A stretch of 64,000 nucleotides of DNA, taken from positions 5,486 to 69,485 of the IMG/VR virus record IMGVR_UViG_3300034257_000053. The stretch is one strand, 5' to 3'. Source of the stretch: a virus. Positions within the stretch are counted from its first letter, which is position 1, and each line of letters opens with the position of its first letter. A program made the position numbers and the translations under genes. The notes under the pieces are model-generated. The model was not told where the DNA came from and did not search any database. It saw only the letters and a list, made by a program, of their open reading frames with translations. Positions 62,801 to 64,000 of the stretch are shown here, piece after piece.

Positions 62801-62917
62801 ATGCCGATGATACTCGCCGGTCCGCCGCAGGATCTGAGCGTGCTGGGCTATTTCGTGATGTTTGTGGTTGCGCTGCTGATCGCGCAGCGGTGCGGGCTGT
62901 TCGGCCGGCGAAACTGA
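62801..62917 (+). CDS. Small membrane peptide
   Basis: GGGGAG RBS; one TM segment. Confidence 0.4.
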   Translation: MPMILAGPPQDLSVLGYFVMFVVALLIAQRCGLFGRRN

Positions 62918-62918
62918 C

Positions 62919-63260
62919 ATGGGCCAAGTCAGCAGGGTGATGCGCCGCGGCGAAGGCCGCTATTTCCACTGGTGCCCGGGCTGCGAGGAGATGCACCCGT
63001 TGCCTGATGGCTGGACGTTCAACGGCGACCTCGAGCGGCCGACCTTCTCGCCGAGCTTCGCGCAGGGCGGAATGCAGACGGTCCAGGTCGACGGGAAATG
63101 GACCGGCGAGTGGGTACGCGACGGCGAAGGCAAGCCGGTGCCGCGCGTGTGCCACTACTTCGTGGAGGAAGGCCGCCTGCGCTTCCTTGACGACTGCACG
63201 CACCCTCTCGCCGGCAAGACGATCGACATGCCGGATCTGCCGGCACACCTTCGCGATTAG
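62919..63260 (+). CDS. DUF6527-like Cys/His protein
   Basis: CPGC...H, WTFNGD.E.PTFSPS, CH.FV..G...FL.DCTH.LAG.T. Confidence 0.75.
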   Translation: MGQVSRVMRRGEGRYFHWCPGCEEMHPLPDGWTFNGDLERPTFSPSFAQGGMQTVQVDGKWTGEWVRDGEGKPVPRVCHYFVEEGRLRFLDDCTHPLAGKTIDMPDLPAHLRD

Positions 63261-63305
63261 AGATCCCGCGCCGGACGGGTCACCTCCGGCCCTCCCAAAC
63301 TCAGC

Positions 63306-63331
63306 GGCCGCCCTTCGGGGCGGCCCTTTTT
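63306..63331 (+). terminator. Intrinsic terminator ending the late operon
   Basis: GGCCGCCC-TTCG-GGGCGGCC followed by CTTTTT. Confidence 0.85.
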
Positions 63332-63585
63332 GCGTTTCAGGCCGCTACCTGTTCGCGCGCGGAACGGGTAGCCGCTCACTGATGGTGAAGGCCGCGCGGC
63401 GCCGGCCGGCGGTTTTTTCGTTTCGCGCGACATCGGCGCGGACGGAACGCGCGGTGAACGATCGCGCGCGCCGCGTGTCAGAACCGTGCCCGAATACCTG
63501 CACGTTGCTGCATCGTTCTGCATTCATTCGCGCGGCGGCTGCGCAGCGCGATGTCGGAAAAATGCTGATTGTTGCGGTGTTTTCG

Positions 63586-63660
63586 TGGTGCTGCCGGTAA
63601 GGATTGAACTTACGACCTCCCCCTTACCAAGGGGGTGCTCTACCACTGAGCTACGGCAGC
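63586..63660 (-). tRNA. tRNA-Thr(GGT), probable integration site
   Basis: GCTGCCG/CGGCAGC acceptor stem, CCCCT-TGGTAA-GGGG anticodon arm, TTCAATC, CCA. Confidence 0.96.
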
Positions 63661-63736
63661 GCGCCGGCGGAGAGTGTGCAAATCACGGCCGGAAACGGCG
63701 CGATCCTTGCCATACGGGGGCAGGCGGCGCAAGCGA

Positions 63737-64000
63737 CTAGCCGAACCGCTTCAAATGCTCCTGCGCGGCCGGGCTCGCGTTCTGCCGGCCGGCGAGCTTC
63801 ACCAGCACCTTCTTGATCCGCTCCGCCGCGAAGTCCTGCTGCGCGAGTGCCATGCCGCGATCGAACACTTCCGAGTAACGCGCGATCAGCCCGTCACGGA
63901 ACTGGAAGAAGCCGATGCCCTCGAACACCACCGGCTTTCCTTCCGCGCCCGGCATGCCGGAGGCGTAGCTGAAACGGTAGCGCGCGTAGCCGTTCTGCGC
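63737..64000 (-). CDS. SnoaL/NTF2-like host protein, 5'-truncated by window
   Basis: GKPV.FEGI.FF.FRDG.IA.Y.E.FD. Confidence 0.75.
   Translation of the reverse strand, partial: AQNGYARYRFSYASGMPGAEGKPVVFEGIGFFQFRDGLIARYSEVFDRGMALAQQDFAAERIKKVLVKLAGRQNASPAAQEHLKRFG

Larger units (their letters stand above)
1..63585. mobile_element. Prophage (lambda-like head, P2-like contractile tail); left end outside window
   Basis: Contiguous replication, terminase, portal, capsid, baseplate, sheath, tape measure and lysis genes ending at the 3' end of a tRNA-Thr, followed by a host-type gene. Confidence 0.95.

Overview
Almost the whole window (1 to about 63585) is a GC-rich alphaproteobacterial (Rhizobiales-like) prophage. 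It ends at the 3' end of a host tRNA-Thr(GGT), and its left end and integrase lie outside the window. It has three blocks. (1) A rightward early/replication block (1-20604) carries five DNA methyltransferases, an initiator with iterons, and host-like DnaG and DnaB. It also carries a complete BPP-1-type diversity-generating retroelement (DGR: mtd-like target, avd, TR, RT). All 11 VR/TR mismatches fall at TR adenines, yet the target lacks the Mtd N-terminal domain and lies about 36 kb from the tail genes. (2) A leftward operon (about 30013 to 20606) holds small unknown genes plus dnaN, a DUF853 ATPase and an Aca2/YdiL-like HTH. It has a strong promoter overlapped by a palindrome, 8 copies of a conserved hairpin at or near ribosome-binding sites, and 3 copies of a larger structured element. 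It sits beside a lambda-like cos candidate and is my best candidate for an undescribed regulated anti-defence system. (3) A rightward late block has an atypical tRNA-Met, a lambda-like head, a P2-like contractile tail and lysis genes. Oddities here are a Tat-signal/portal-fragment mini-protein and a gene frameshifted at a G13 tract. All family assignments come from motif recognition by eye, not from database searches.
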